Source: a virus | Lineage: Duplodnaviria; Caudoviricetes | DNA: 29,271 nt | IMG/VR virus record: IMGVR_UViG_3300028586_000063 | Span: 1-29,271 of that record | Strand: one strand, 5' to 3' | Shown here: in pieces, positions 7,642 to 16,080 of the stretch | Layout of the letters: every line of letters begins with the position of its first letter | How positions within the stretch are numbered: position 1 is the first letter of the stretch | Program-made: the position numbers and the translations under genes | Notes under the pieces: generated by a model | Database searches by the model: none | What the model saw: the letters and a program-made list of their open reading frames with translations, nothing else | What the model was told of the DNA's origin: nothing

Positions 7642-7769
7642 TGGCAATCAACATCACGCGCCGAGTGCGTACTAAGAAGGACTACCAGGTTGCTGTAGCA
7701 GCCGCCGCGACGACGCTGGTGCTCAGCATCGTGAGCCTGGTGCTGCACATCAAGAGCGGAGAGCTTTAA
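7641..7769 (+). CDS. Small basic membrane-anchored protein (42 aa)
   Basis: TAATG overlaps at both ends; MAINITRRVRTKKDYQVAVAAAATTLVLSIVSLVLHIKSGEL. Confidence 0.7.
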   Translation: MAINITRRVRTKKDYQVAVAAAATTLVLSIVSLVLHIKSGEL

Positions 7770-7945
7770 TGGGTAAGGTTTATCTTCGCATTGTGAGCGG
7801 AGACTTTCATGTGGGAAATATGGGTGCCGAGAGGTACGACGAACTTTACGATGCTGATGAGCTGATGTACGAGCTTGATACTGCCATCAGCGACGCGCTG
7901 AGTGACATTAGCTACGAGCTGTACTACGAGGAGGACAAGAAGTGA
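7769..7945 (+). CDS. Acidic hypothetical protein (58 aa)
   Basis: TAATG and GTGA overlaps; MGKVYLRIVSGDFHVGNMGAERYDELYDADEL... Confidence 0.7.
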   Translation: MGKVYLRIVSGDFHVGNMGAERYDELYDADELMYELDTAISDALSDISYELYYEEDKK

Positions 7946-8136
7946 CTAAGAATGCAACCGCCGAGCACGTCGCTAGTGTGATGCGAGGCATCTACGATAA
8001 CGACTGGCTGCTTCGACTTCCTATGGAGTGGAACGATGGAGACGCAGCTATCAAGCTGTCCGATTTGGAATATGCATTTGGTGCTCCTAACATCGAATGG
8101 GCCGAGTCGGTAGCTGCGCAAATTAATGGCAGCTGA
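7942..8136 (+). CDS. Hypothetical protein
   Basis: GAGGAGG RBS, GTG start, overlap tiling. Confidence 0.7.
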   Translation: MTKNATAEHVASVMRGIYDNDWLLRLPMEWNDGDAAIKLSDLEYAFGAPNIEWAESVAAQINGS

Positions 8137-8788
8137 CCTAAAGCGGCGGCTTATCGCAGAGATTACCAAGCCCACTGAGCGGGACAAGCAGGTCAAGGTG
8201 GGACCATCGAGCCTCGGCAACCCCTGTGCGCGGTGTCTGGGCCGTGAGCTGGCTGGGGTCAAGCTAGAGCGAGACTTCAGCATGTATCCCTGGCTGGGCA
8301 CCGCAGTCCACGCCTACCTGGAGACGATGGTCTTCCAGGATGCAAAGCACGAGCTGAAGCTGGTAACGGGTGACGTGCCAGGCTACGGCACAGTCAAGGG
8401 CACGACTGACATGTACCTGCTGGACGGCGAAGGCACTCCTGAAGAGGAGGGCACAGTCGTTGACTGGAAGATCGTTGGTCTGAAGAAGGCCAAGGAGTAC
8501 CGGGTCAAGGGCATGAAGTCTCAGTACCGATACCAGGGCCAGATTTATGGCAAGGGTTGCGAGGACGCAGGGATGCGTGTAGACTCAGTGTCTATCGTGT
8601 GCATTCCCAGGGACAGCGGCGACCCCAACGATATCTGGGTGTACACAGAGGCATATAACCGAGAGATGGCGGAAGCTGCATTCGCACGAGCGGGTGCGAT
8701 CTACGCCATCGTGCAGGAGGATGGTTGGGACACGCCTAGGCTGCCCAGTGATGACGACTGCTTTGATTGCAAGATGGAGGCATGGTAA
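8126..8788 (+). CDS. Cas4-like / PD-(D/E)XK exonuclease
   Basis: GPSSLGNPCARC, GTAVH, GTTD, VDWK, QGQIYG, C-terminal CFDC. Confidence 0.88.
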   Translation: MAADLKRRLIAEITKPTERDKQVKVGPSSLGNPCARCLGRELAGVKLERDFSMYPWLGTAVHAYLETMVFQDAKHELKLVTGDVPGYGTVKGTTDMYLLDGEGTPEEEGTVVDWKIVGLKKAKEYRVKGMKSQYRYQGQIYGKGCEDAGMRVDSVSIVCIPRDSGDPNDIWVYTEAYNREMAEAAFARAGAIYAIVQEDGWDTPRLPSDDDCFDCKMEAW

Positions 8789-8988
8789 TGGCTATTGTAT
8801 ATACTAAGGATGAGTTTGAGGCAATCCTGGAGGCCCAGCCTCTGCTGGCTAAGGCTCACGAGGTTCTGAACCGGGCGGGAATGGTGCTGACAGCGCACGC
8901 TTTCGACTACAACGGCGAGAACCGCATCAAGTTCACCGACGAAGATGTGGATGGCTCTGTCGTTGCGTTCGGGGAGGATAATGATTGA
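8788..8988 (+). CDS. Hypothetical protein
   Basis: TAATG overlap with GGAGG at suitable spacing. Confidence 0.7.
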   Translation: MAIVYTKDEFEAILEAQPLLAKAHEVLNRAGMVLTAHAFDYNGENRIKFTDEDVDGSVVAFGEDND

Positions 8989-9124
8989 GCTGAATACAGT
9001 AGCGGTACTGTATGCATTGAAGCGTATGCGGCTTGACATGGGTGTAGACATTCAGGGGGCACAGGAGTTCATTGAATACTACGAGGACTATGAGAGGGAC
9101 AGTTGGCTGACAACGCAGGAGTAA
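8981..9124 (+). CDS. Hypothetical protein (47 aa)
   Basis: GGAGG RBS; fills the gap; MIELNTVAVLYALKRMRLDMG... Confidence 0.55.
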   Translation: MIELNTVAVLYALKRMRLDMGVDIQGAQEFIEYYEDYERDSWLTTQE

Positions 9125-9876
9125 AGCTACCCGAGTTCGGGATTAAGAAGGCCGCAGCGATGGGTGCTCCCAAGAGCATCCTGATCTACGGCCCGCCCAA
9201 GAAGGGCAAGACGGTGTTCGCAGCGAGCATTGTTGACGTGGAGGGGTATGATCGTGTACTCTTGGTTGACGTGGAGGGTGGCTCATCCTCTGTGTCGGCC
9301 TGGTACCCGAGCATCGATGTGATCGAAGCCGGTACCGCCAACGAGTTCACTCGTGTCATCGAGGCACTGCTCAACGGCAAGATCGTTGAGCCTGAGTCGG
9401 GGCTGCCTTACCAGGTAGTCATCATTGACACCCTCGACAAGGCACAGGAGCGTCAGCTGGAGGTCTACGACAAGGACCCTAAGGGCATTGTCAACGGCAA
9501 GCGTGATGGCTTCTACAAGTGGGCAGCCATCAAGACGTGGACCACGAAGATGGCTGACTACCTCCACATGGCACCGTTCCTCACGATCTTTGTCGCCCAC
9601 CAGGACGACGAGAAGGATGAGGTCACCGGAGCCGTGACCACCACTGTGCTCTTGGGCGGTAAGTCCAAGTTCACCTTCCCCTCTGTGCCGGACATCATTG
9701 GTCACTTCACTGTGACTCGTGTAGCTGGCGAGGGAGGAAAGAAGGAGACGGCGCGTGTCGTCGACTTTACAGTCTCAGACAAGATGATTTCTGGTCAGAG
9801 ATACGCGGACAGGTTGGACGGAAAGTTCCTTAACCCGGACATGAAGACCATCTTTTCACGCATCACATCTAAGTAA
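9103..9876 (+). CDS. AAA-family ATPase (Sak4/RecA-like recombination protein)
   Basis: IYGPPKKGKT, DVEGG, VIIDTLD, FVAH; TTG start. Confidence 0.87.
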   Translation: MADNAGVKLPEFGIKKAAAMGAPKSILIYGPPKKGKTVFAASIVDVEGYDRVLLVDVEGGSSSVSAWYPSIDVIEAGTANEFTRVIEALLNGKIVEPESGLPYQVVIIDTLDKAQERQLEVYDKDPKGIVNGKRDGFYKWAAIKTWTTKMADYLHMAPFLTIFVAHQDDEKDEVTGAVTTTVLLGGKSKFTFPSVPDIIGHFTVTRVAGEGGKKETARVVDFTVSDKMISGQRYADRLDGKFLNPDMKTIFSRITSK

Positions 9877-9898
9877 CTACCAAAAGGATAAATAACAC

Positions 9899-10411
9899 AT
9901 GGCATTCAAGCTCAACCTCACCGAGGCGGAAATCAAGGACGCTCAGTCGAGCACCATCAAGCCTGTAGCAGAGGGCATCTACGGAGCCGTCGTCTACGAG
10001 GCCAAGGAGGCCCGCTCCAAGCAGGGCAACGACATGTACGTCCTTGACTACAAGATTCTCTCCGGCCCGGAGAAGGTCGGTCCCAAGCGCACCTTCCGCG
10101 CTTGGTACGTGGTTAAGTCCAACGCGCTCTTCAGCCTCATCGCGCTGCTGAAGGCACTGGACATGCCTTACCCCAAGAAGGACACGCCTGCTGGCGAGTT
10201 CGAATTCCCGGAGGCGTCCGACTTCATCGGCGAGAAGGTGAACCTGAAGATCGTTCAGGAGCCCTACGAGTCGGTGGACGACGATGACAACCCCGTTACG
10301 CTGATGCGTAACAACGTCAAGACCGTGTTCGCGTACGACGAGGACAAGATCGATGACGAGCTGAGTGACGAGGAGCGAGAGGCCGCTACGGACTCTAGCA
10401 TCTTCCTCTAA
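9899..10411 (+). CDS. Single-stranded DNA-binding protein (DUF669-like)
   Basis: PVAEGIY, SKQGNDM, acidic C-tail ending in hydrophobic IFL; follows the ATPase. Confidence 0.75.
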   Translation: MAFKLNLTEAEIKDAQSSTIKPVAEGIYGAVVYEAKEARSKQGNDMYVLDYKILSGPEKVGPKRTFRAWYVVKSNALFSLIALLKALDMPYPKKDTPAGEFEFPEASDFIGEKVNLKIVQEPYESVDDDDNPVTLMRNNVKTVFAYDEDKIDDELSDEEREAATDSSIFL

Positions 10412-10566
10412 GCAACAACCTGTTGCTGCCTGAAACGGCAGGTAAGAACAAAGACAAGAACGCTGGCTGTGTTGGGCGTTACTCCTGCCATTTGTCTTTG
10501 TCGCAGCAATAACTGTGGTGCAGCGCGAGAGCGAGCTGTTAAATGGGTACTCCCACCATCAGCCAC
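10411..10566 (+). ncRNA. Candidate structured non-coding RNA / tRNA leader
   Basis: Several complementary segments (ACAAAGACAA/TTGTCTTTGT, TGTTGCTGC/GCAGCAATA, GC-GAGA-GC, TGGG-TACT-CCCA); no plausible CDS. Confidence 0.4.
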
Positions 10567-10570
10567 ACCC

Positions 10571-10647
10571 CGGCTACTAGGCAACTGGTAGACCAACGGA
10601 TTTCAAACGTCCGTATGCTTCGGGTTCGAATCCCGAGTAGCCGACCA
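10571..10647 (+). tRNA. tRNA-Leu(CAA) with encoded CCA and short variable region
   Basis: Acceptor CGGCTAC/GTAGCCG, A73, CCA; T arm TCGGG-TTCGAAT-CCCGA; anticodon arm CGGAT-TTCAAAC-GTCCG; D loop with TGG. Confidence 0.85.
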
Positions 10648-10685
10648 CCCTACCCAATGCGATATGAAACAGGAGGCAACATTAG

Positions 10686-12896
10686 TTGGACACACGTGAC
10701 TTCTTCACTACCATCTTCGGAGATAGCGAGGGCTTCCTCTTCATCTCTACGCTGGACAACGACAACCAGCTAACCAACCACAAGCCTTTCAAGTACCCAG
10801 ACAACCTCACTCAGATCGACAAGTATTGCTCGGTTCGCACGGACGAAAACCTGTATTTCAGTCCGATGCTGTACTCAGTACCACGTCGTAAGAGCGAGGT
10901 TGTTGCTGTAACACCAGTTATTTACTCCGACACCGACCTCTTCGACCCGAGCGGGTTCCTGCTCAAGCCCTCACTCTCTGTGCGCACGTCCGAGGATAAG
11001 ACGCACAGCTATTGGCTGCTTGACAAGACCTACACGCCTGAAGAGGTTAGCTCAGTCGCGCGCGTCGTGGCACTGACCCACGCGCACAAGGTGAACGGCA
11101 AGCAGGCGGGCACTGACCCCTCTGGTTGGATGCTGACCAAGCTGCTGCGTGTGCCTAACAGCGTGAACACCAAGCACGACCCGGCCTACCCGGTATATGT
11201 CGAGGACAACAACGGCACGGTCTACACGCTGGAAGACTTCCATGAGGTCTACAACGAGGCAGACATTCCTGAGAAGGTTGTCTCCGGTGACCAGGAGCTG
11301 CCGACAGGCGATGAGCTGCCTAAGCAGATCGACGTGCTGCGACGCATGGCGCACGACCCTATCCTCACTAGCCTGTACGGTGACAAGCCCACGGGTGACT
11401 GGTCGGACACTCTCTACCTCTTTGAGAGCGAGATGTTCCGTGCTGGATTCACGGCAGAGGAGGTCTTTGTTGCTGCGACCCACGCTCAGTGCAACAAGTA
11501 CGCACGTGACAATCGTCCCGAGGAAGACCTGTGGACAGAGGTCAAGCGAGCTGGAGCAGACCCGGCGAATCGACCACGTACAAGGCTTGAGCGAGTGGCA
11601 TCCGATGATCCCACTCCCAAGACTCTGAACGACGCTGTGGCACTTGCGGAGATGGAGATGACACTCCTGACAGCTGAGGAGCGCCAGAGCCTTACAGAGA
11701 CGTTCGTGGACAAGTACGCACAGTGGGGAGCGAGCAAGACTGACGCTCCTCAGGCTTATCACATCGCAGGCGCGTTCGCAATTATGAGCGTGGTGTTGGG
11801 TGAGTACGGCATTGCGCTACCTAAGTTCGGACCAATGCGACTGGGTATGTTCCTGGTGGTCATGGGTGAGACGACGGATACTCGTAAGAGCACGACGCGT
11901 AAGCTACTCAAGGACATCCTGCGAGCCATTCAGGTGGGTGACTGGAAGTACATCTTGACCTCCGACACCACGCCTGAGTCCCTGCTTGATGCCCTAGCTG
12001 AGCGTTCCGACCAGTCGTCACTGTATGACCGAGACGAGACGCAGCAGCTGATCCACGACATTAAGAACAAGCCCTATCTCAACGGTTTCTTCGAGACACT
12101 GAATGAGTTGTACGATGGCTGGGCCCGAGGACGACTACGTAAGGGTGTGTCCACCGAGGACACCCCGGTTAACTTTGTGGCTTACATGATGGGCATTCGC
12201 TCGCAGATTCAGGACGAGCTTGAGGTCAAGGACTTCGCCTCTGGGTGGGGACCGCGAAACATCTTCTTCCGCGGCGAGGCACCGCCCCGCACACGGGAGC
12301 AGAAGCGCCTGGCCCAGGGTGACCTGATGGGCGGCACGGTGGACCGCGAAAAGGCTGCGATTGTAAAGCAGCTGATCGATGTGCGCAACTTCTGGCACAA
12401 GACGGTACCGGATCGAGCCGCACCTATGCCTATCTTCTTCGAGGAGGACGCTTGGGAGCGGTGGAATGACTTTGCCGCCGACGTCGAGGACTACGTGGAC
12501 TCGCACCCTCGTGCGGAGCTACTGAAGCCTAGCGTTCAGCGAATGGCATTCGCCACGATGAAGGCAGCCATCATGTTTGCCATGATGGACAAGCGACTGC
12601 TCGCCAACATGACTGATGTGTTGAATGCTATCTACTTCAGTCTCCAGTGGATCGAGGATTTGATTGTTGTGGTCGAGGGTGTTGCCGAGTCGGCAGCTGC
12701 TCGTGACCTAGCTACCATCGAAAAGCACATCATCGACAACGGTGGTCTTGTGACTTGGGCGAGCCTGCTGAAGTGGTCCACCAGACTTGACATGCGCAAG
12801 GGTGACTTCGTGGAGCTGGTGCGCTCGCTCGTAGAGATGAATGTCTTGAACGAGGTCGAGGATGTACGGGGAAGGAAGAGCTACGCTATTGCCTAA
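10686..12896 (+). CDS. Primase (RepB/prim-pol type) fused to a helicase-like P-loop domain
   Basis: YFSP, YSDTD, SEDKTHSYWLL, LLRVPNSVNTK; GETTDTRKST, DE, LNELYDG; AGGAGG RBS with TTG start. Confidence 0.85.
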   Translation: MDTRDFFTTIFGDSEGFLFISTLDNDNQLTNHKPFKYPDNLTQIDKYCSVRTDENLYFSPMLYSVPRRKSEVVAVTPVIYSDTDLFDPSGFLLKPSLSVRTSEDKTHSYWLLDKTYTPEEVSSVARVVALTHAHKVNGKQAGTDPSGWMLTKLLRVPNSVNTKHDPAYPVYVEDNNGTVYTLEDFHEVYNEADIPEKVVSGDQELPTGDELPKQIDVLRRMAHDPILTSLYGDKPTGDWSDTLYLFESEMFRAGFTAEEVFVAATHAQCNKYARDNRPEEDLWTEVKRAGADPANRPRTRLERVASDDPTPKTLNDAVALAEMEMTLLTAEERQSLTETFVDKYAQWGASKTDAPQAYHIAGAFAIMSVVLGEYGIALPKFGPMRLGMFLVVMGETTDTRKSTTRKLLKDILRAIQVGDWKYILTSDTTPESLLDALAERSDQSSLYDRDETQQLIHDIKNKPYLNGFFETLNELYDGWARGRLRKGVSTEDTPVNFVAYMMGIRSQIQDELEVKDFASGWGPRNIFFRGEAPPRTREQKRLAQGDLMGGTVDREKAAIVKQLIDVRNFWHKTVPDRAAPMPIFFEEDAWERWNDFAADVEDYVDSHPRAELLKPSVQRMAFATMKAAIMFAMMDKRLLANMTDVLNAIYFSLQWIEDLIVVVEGVAESAAARDLATIEKHIIDNGGLVTWASLLKWSTRLDMRKGDFVELVRSLVEMNVLNEVEDVRGRKSYAIA

Positions 12897-13260
12897 CACA
12901 ACAGAAGCGATGACTGAAGCCCTAACCATCTACAACCGAGCCACCCGCAACTTCTCTAAGGAAGTGGAGGACGACAGCATCAGGAAGCTGAACACCTATG
13001 GTGTTTGGAGCATGAGTGCGCTAGCCTCCATTGTGGGTGTGTCCATGTACCGCGTGGAGAAGGCGCTTGGCAGGAATGCCAAGCCCTCTCTGCGGGGCCA
13101 CCTCAACCCCCGACACCTGACGATGCTTCAGTACATGCAAGCATCGACGAAGGCCAACAAGGCGTGGGTCAAGCAGATGCTTGACGAAGGCACCTCGCTT
13201 ATCACTATCGCACGACTGACCGGACTCTCTGAGTCCACACTAAGGAGGAGTAAGAGATGA
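12889..13260 (+). CDS. Helix-turn-helix DNA-binding protein
   Basis: LASIVGVSMYRV and IARLTGLSESTLRR; start uncertain (TTG 12889 or ATG 12910). Confidence 0.75.
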   Translation: MPNTTEAMTEALTIYNRATRNFSKEVEDDSIRKLNTYGVWSMSALASIVGVSMYRVEKALGRNAKPSLRGHLNPRHLTMLQYMQASTKANKAWVKQMLDEGTSLITIARLTGLSESTLRRSKR

Positions 13261-15428
13261 CTGACATTGCCATTCAGGTAGAGAACAAGCTCTACCCCGC
13301 TGTGCAGGAGGTTATGACCGGTGTGCTCAAGGAGTTCCCCGAGGTCACGGGTGTGTATCTGTGGGCCGAGACGCTGGATCGCACAGTGCCCACCCTTGTG
13401 CTGGGCAACCTTGACAAGATCAAGCCTGCGCGTTACGTTAAGACGCTCAGCCAGAAGCAGATTCTGTCTAACCCTGCGGCCATCACGGAACTGCGAGCTG
13501 CGCTAACGCAGCTGCTTACTCCGATGACTTGGGACGATCCCAAGATTCAGGTGATCGACCGACTGTCTGTCTCGGAGGAGAACCGCCTCGGCCCTATCCT
13601 CGTGGTGGACATCGAGACGGGCGGAGATATCACCACGATGACGCCTGAGCAGTTCTGGCTGCTGTCGCTCGCCATCTACGATGGTGGCGGTACGGCGTAC
13701 GTCTTCACGCAGGAGTCTTTGCTGCGGGAAGACACTAGGGCTCAGCTGCTACGTCTGTTCCGGCGCAAGAAGCTCATCGCACACAACATGAAGTTCGACT
13801 TTAGAACCTTGAGTGCGCACCTGGGGCAGATGATCTATGGGCACTGCGACACCATGCTCATGCACCACACCATCAACCCCGGTGCCAAGGAGCACGGTCT
13901 GAAGCCGCTCGCTATGAAGTACCTGGGCGCGCCGGACTGGGATGCAGCGATCAAGGATTACGTCAAGGGTACCTACAAGGAGTTCCCAACGACGTACTAC
14001 TATCCACGGCAGCTGTGGGATGACTACATCAAGAAGCTCGGCAAGATGCCTCTTGGCTATGAAGCCATCCCTAAGGACATCCTCTATCCGTATAACGGCT
14101 GGGATGTTATCTGGACGTGGCGTCTCTTTGAGTACCTGAAGCCTGCCCTGGAAAACGACGAGCGCCTTGCCAAGCTCGCCAAGATGGAGTACAGCTACGG
14201 CAACTTCCTTCAGGACGTAGAGAACAATAGCCTGACCATTGACCCCGAGTACGTTAGCTACCTGGCTCGGGTGATCGGTGGACTCTTCGACTCCGAGGTA
14301 GCAGCTGTGCGAGAGATTGTGGGACGCGATACGTTCAACATCAACTCGCCTAAGCAGGTCAAGGATTGGCTGCTGGAGCAAGGCTACCCGATGAAGAGCA
14401 CAGCGGAGGAGAAGCTACTCGATGCCATTGCGGCAGACAAGAGTATGCCCGACAACGTTCGTGAGTTTATCGAGCACCTGCTAGAAGCCCGGGGGTTCAG
14501 CAAGCTCAAGGGCACCTACGTTGAGGGCACACGCAAGCGTGTGCAGCCAGGCAACCGAGTGTTCACCACGTTCAAGGTACACGGGACCAACACCGGTCGG
14601 CTGTCCTCAGCTGACCCTAACGTGCAGAATATCCCGCGTGACCCGCAGAAGAAGGATGGCAAGTACGATGACCGAGAGTTCAGTCTCCGGCGCATCTACG
14701 TAGCCTCCGCTGAGGACCGTATCCTGGTCGAGTGTGACTACTCGCAGGCTGAGCTTCGAGTCATGGCGTGCCTGTCAAATGACAAGTACCTCATCTCCCT
14801 GTTCCAGCCTGGGATGCCTGACTTCTTCGACTCGCTGATGCCCATTGCCTACCCGGACATGGACTTCGAGACGATGGACCCCGGCAAGAAGAAGAACCTG
14901 CGAGCTAAGCTCAAGGGTGTCATCTATGGTCTGTCGTATGGGCGTAAGGCCAAGGCTATCGGCAAGTCGCTGGAGATGTCGGAGCGTAATGCTCAGTCGA
15001 TCATCACCAACTACTTCCGCAACGCGCCCGAGTTCTACGACTGGCGCGTATGGGTAGAGCAGATGGCACTTGACGAAGAGGAGACTCTGGTTACGCCGTT
15101 TGGACGTTACTACCAGGCAGAGGTTGTGTCCGGGCGTAACCGACAGAACGTCATCAACTCTGGGCTTGCCTTCCTGCCCCAGAGCACAGCGAGCGACCTG
15201 TGCATGAATGCAGCCATGAAGGTGCACGAGTGGATCGGCAAGGACTACGATGGTAAGATCATCGCCCTTATTCACGACGCTATCCTCACCGATGTGCCTA
15301 AGAAGCACGCGGAGGAGGTTGGCCGTCGTATTCAGCAAGAGATGGAGGCCAGCGGGCGTGCTATCTTTGGCGACTTGGTGCCATTTGACACCGAGTTCAC
15401 AATGGGACCGACTTGGGAGGGTATCTGA
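13257..15428 (+). CDS. polA: DNA polymerase I (family A) with 3'-5' exonuclease
   Basis: DIET, HNMKFD, YNGWD exonuclease motifs; TGRLSS..PNVQNIP, DYSQAELR, RAKLKGVIYGLSYG, PQSTASD, IHDA. Confidence 0.96.
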   Translation: MTDIAIQVENKLYPAVQEVMTGVLKEFPEVTGVYLWAETLDRTVPTLVLGNLDKIKPARYVKTLSQKQILSNPAAITELRAALTQLLTPMTWDDPKIQVIDRLSVSEENRLGPILVVDIETGGDITTMTPEQFWLLSLAIYDGGGTAYVFTQESLLREDTRAQLLRLFRRKKLIAHNMKFDFRTLSAHLGQMIYGHCDTMLMHHTINPGAKEHGLKPLAMKYLGAPDWDAAIKDYVKGTYKEFPTTYYYPRQLWDDYIKKLGKMPLGYEAIPKDILYPYNGWDVIWTWRLFEYLKPALENDERLAKLAKMEYSYGNFLQDVENNSLTIDPEYVSYLARVIGGLFDSEVAAVREIVGRDTFNINSPKQVKDWLLEQGYPMKSTAEEKLLDAIAADKSMPDNVREFIEHLLEARGFSKLKGTYVEGTRKRVQPGNRVFTTFKVHGTNTGRLSSADPNVQNIPRDPQKKDGKYDDREFSLRRIYVASAEDRILVECDYSQAELRVMACLSNDKYLISLFQPGMPDFFDSLMPIAYPDMDFETMDPGKKKNLRAKLKGVIYGLSYGRKAKAIGKSLEMSERNAQSIITNYFRNAPEFYDWRVWVEQMALDEEETLVTPFGRYYQAEVVSGRNRQNVINSGLAFLPQSTASDLCMNAAMKVHEWIGKDYDGKIIALIHDAILTDVPKKHAEEVGRRIQQEMEASGRAIFGDLVPFDTEFTMGPTWEGI

Positions 15429-15805
15429 TGCAGACATGTTGGCGCTGCGGCATTGAATTTGAGGGAAGCGGCGACGTGTGCAGTGATTGTGCTGAGCAGC
15501 TACCGGTACCCCACTGGCCTGTACTCACAGATTTTGTGGAGGAGCTGTGGGAGCTGCGCTGGGAGTTGGTCCACCCACACTACCAAGCAGGCAAGCTCGA
15601 CACTGAGACTGCTGAAGCTCTAGGTGTCTCGATAGACACAGTGCGCAGTGTGCGACGGCACTTTGGTAAGCCCGCCAACAAGCGCCCTGACATGCATGCA
15701 TGGAAGGACAAGCAGGCACAAGCGGAACATGCGGCTCGCATGGTAGGATATAGGAAGAACGTTGGCAAGGGTCGGCGTGTCGCAAGATTTGAGGGATCAA
15801 CATGA
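15428..15805 (+). CDS. Zn-ribbon plus HTH protein
   Basis: TGATG overlap; CWRC...CSDC; AEALGVSIDTVRSVRR. Confidence 0.72.
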   Translation: MQTCWRCGIEFEGSGDVCSDCAEQLPVPHWPVLTDFVEELWELRWELVHPHYQAGKLDTETAEALGVSIDTVRSVRRHFGKPANKRPDMHAWKDKQAQAEHAARMVGYRKNVGKGRRVARFEGST

Positions 15806-16080
15806 CCGAGTATCACACTAAGTATTTCAAGAGCTATGAAGAAGTCGAGTATGTGTTTGGCCTAACCTTTTCCCCTGAGCAGATCGAGCTGGTGCAGGTA
15901 TATATTTTCACTGGCATTCGACCTGATAACGCAGGTTGCTGGACATGCACCCCGGGGTATATCAGAAAGCTCACAGGGAAGATCGACCAATTTGAAATTG
16001 ATGTGGACAGAGGTGAAGCTAAGTGGCCCTTCCCCGTCAATAATGGACAGGAGGTATGGGAACTTGCTCACGAAGTATGA
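15802..16080 (+). CDS. Hypothetical protein with CxxC
   Basis: ATGA overlap, GAGGGA RBS; GCWTC; relatively AT-rich. Confidence 0.7.
   Translation: MTEYHTKYFKSYEEVEYVFGLTFSPEQIELVQVYIFTGIRPDNAGCWTCTPGYIRKLTGKIDQFEIDVDRGEAKWPFPVNNGQEVWELAHEV

Noticed and set aside
8126-8788. Cas4-like gene as a sign of a CRISPR system
   Set aside because: No repeat-spacer array or other cas genes; it sits in the usual exonuclease-ATPase-SSB recombination module.
10515-10566. Pistol or hammerhead ribozyme (GTTAAAT after a stem)
   Set aside because: No pseudoknot complement to the first loop and no CUGANGA/GAAA core; kept only as an unspecified structured RNA.
10543-10773. 76-aa ORF overlapping the tRNA
   Set aside because: It overlaps a well-formed tRNA and the primase start, and lacks an RBS.
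13257-15428. Polymerase as a DpoZ (2-aminoadenine genome)
   Set aside because: No purZ or dATPase gene in the window, and the motif variants alone are not diagnostic.
9103-16066. Several TTG start codons (ATPase, primase, HTH, resolvase) linked to tRNA-Leu(CAA)
   Set aside because: TTG starts are read by initiator tRNA, and this tRNA has a paired C1-G72 like an elongator.
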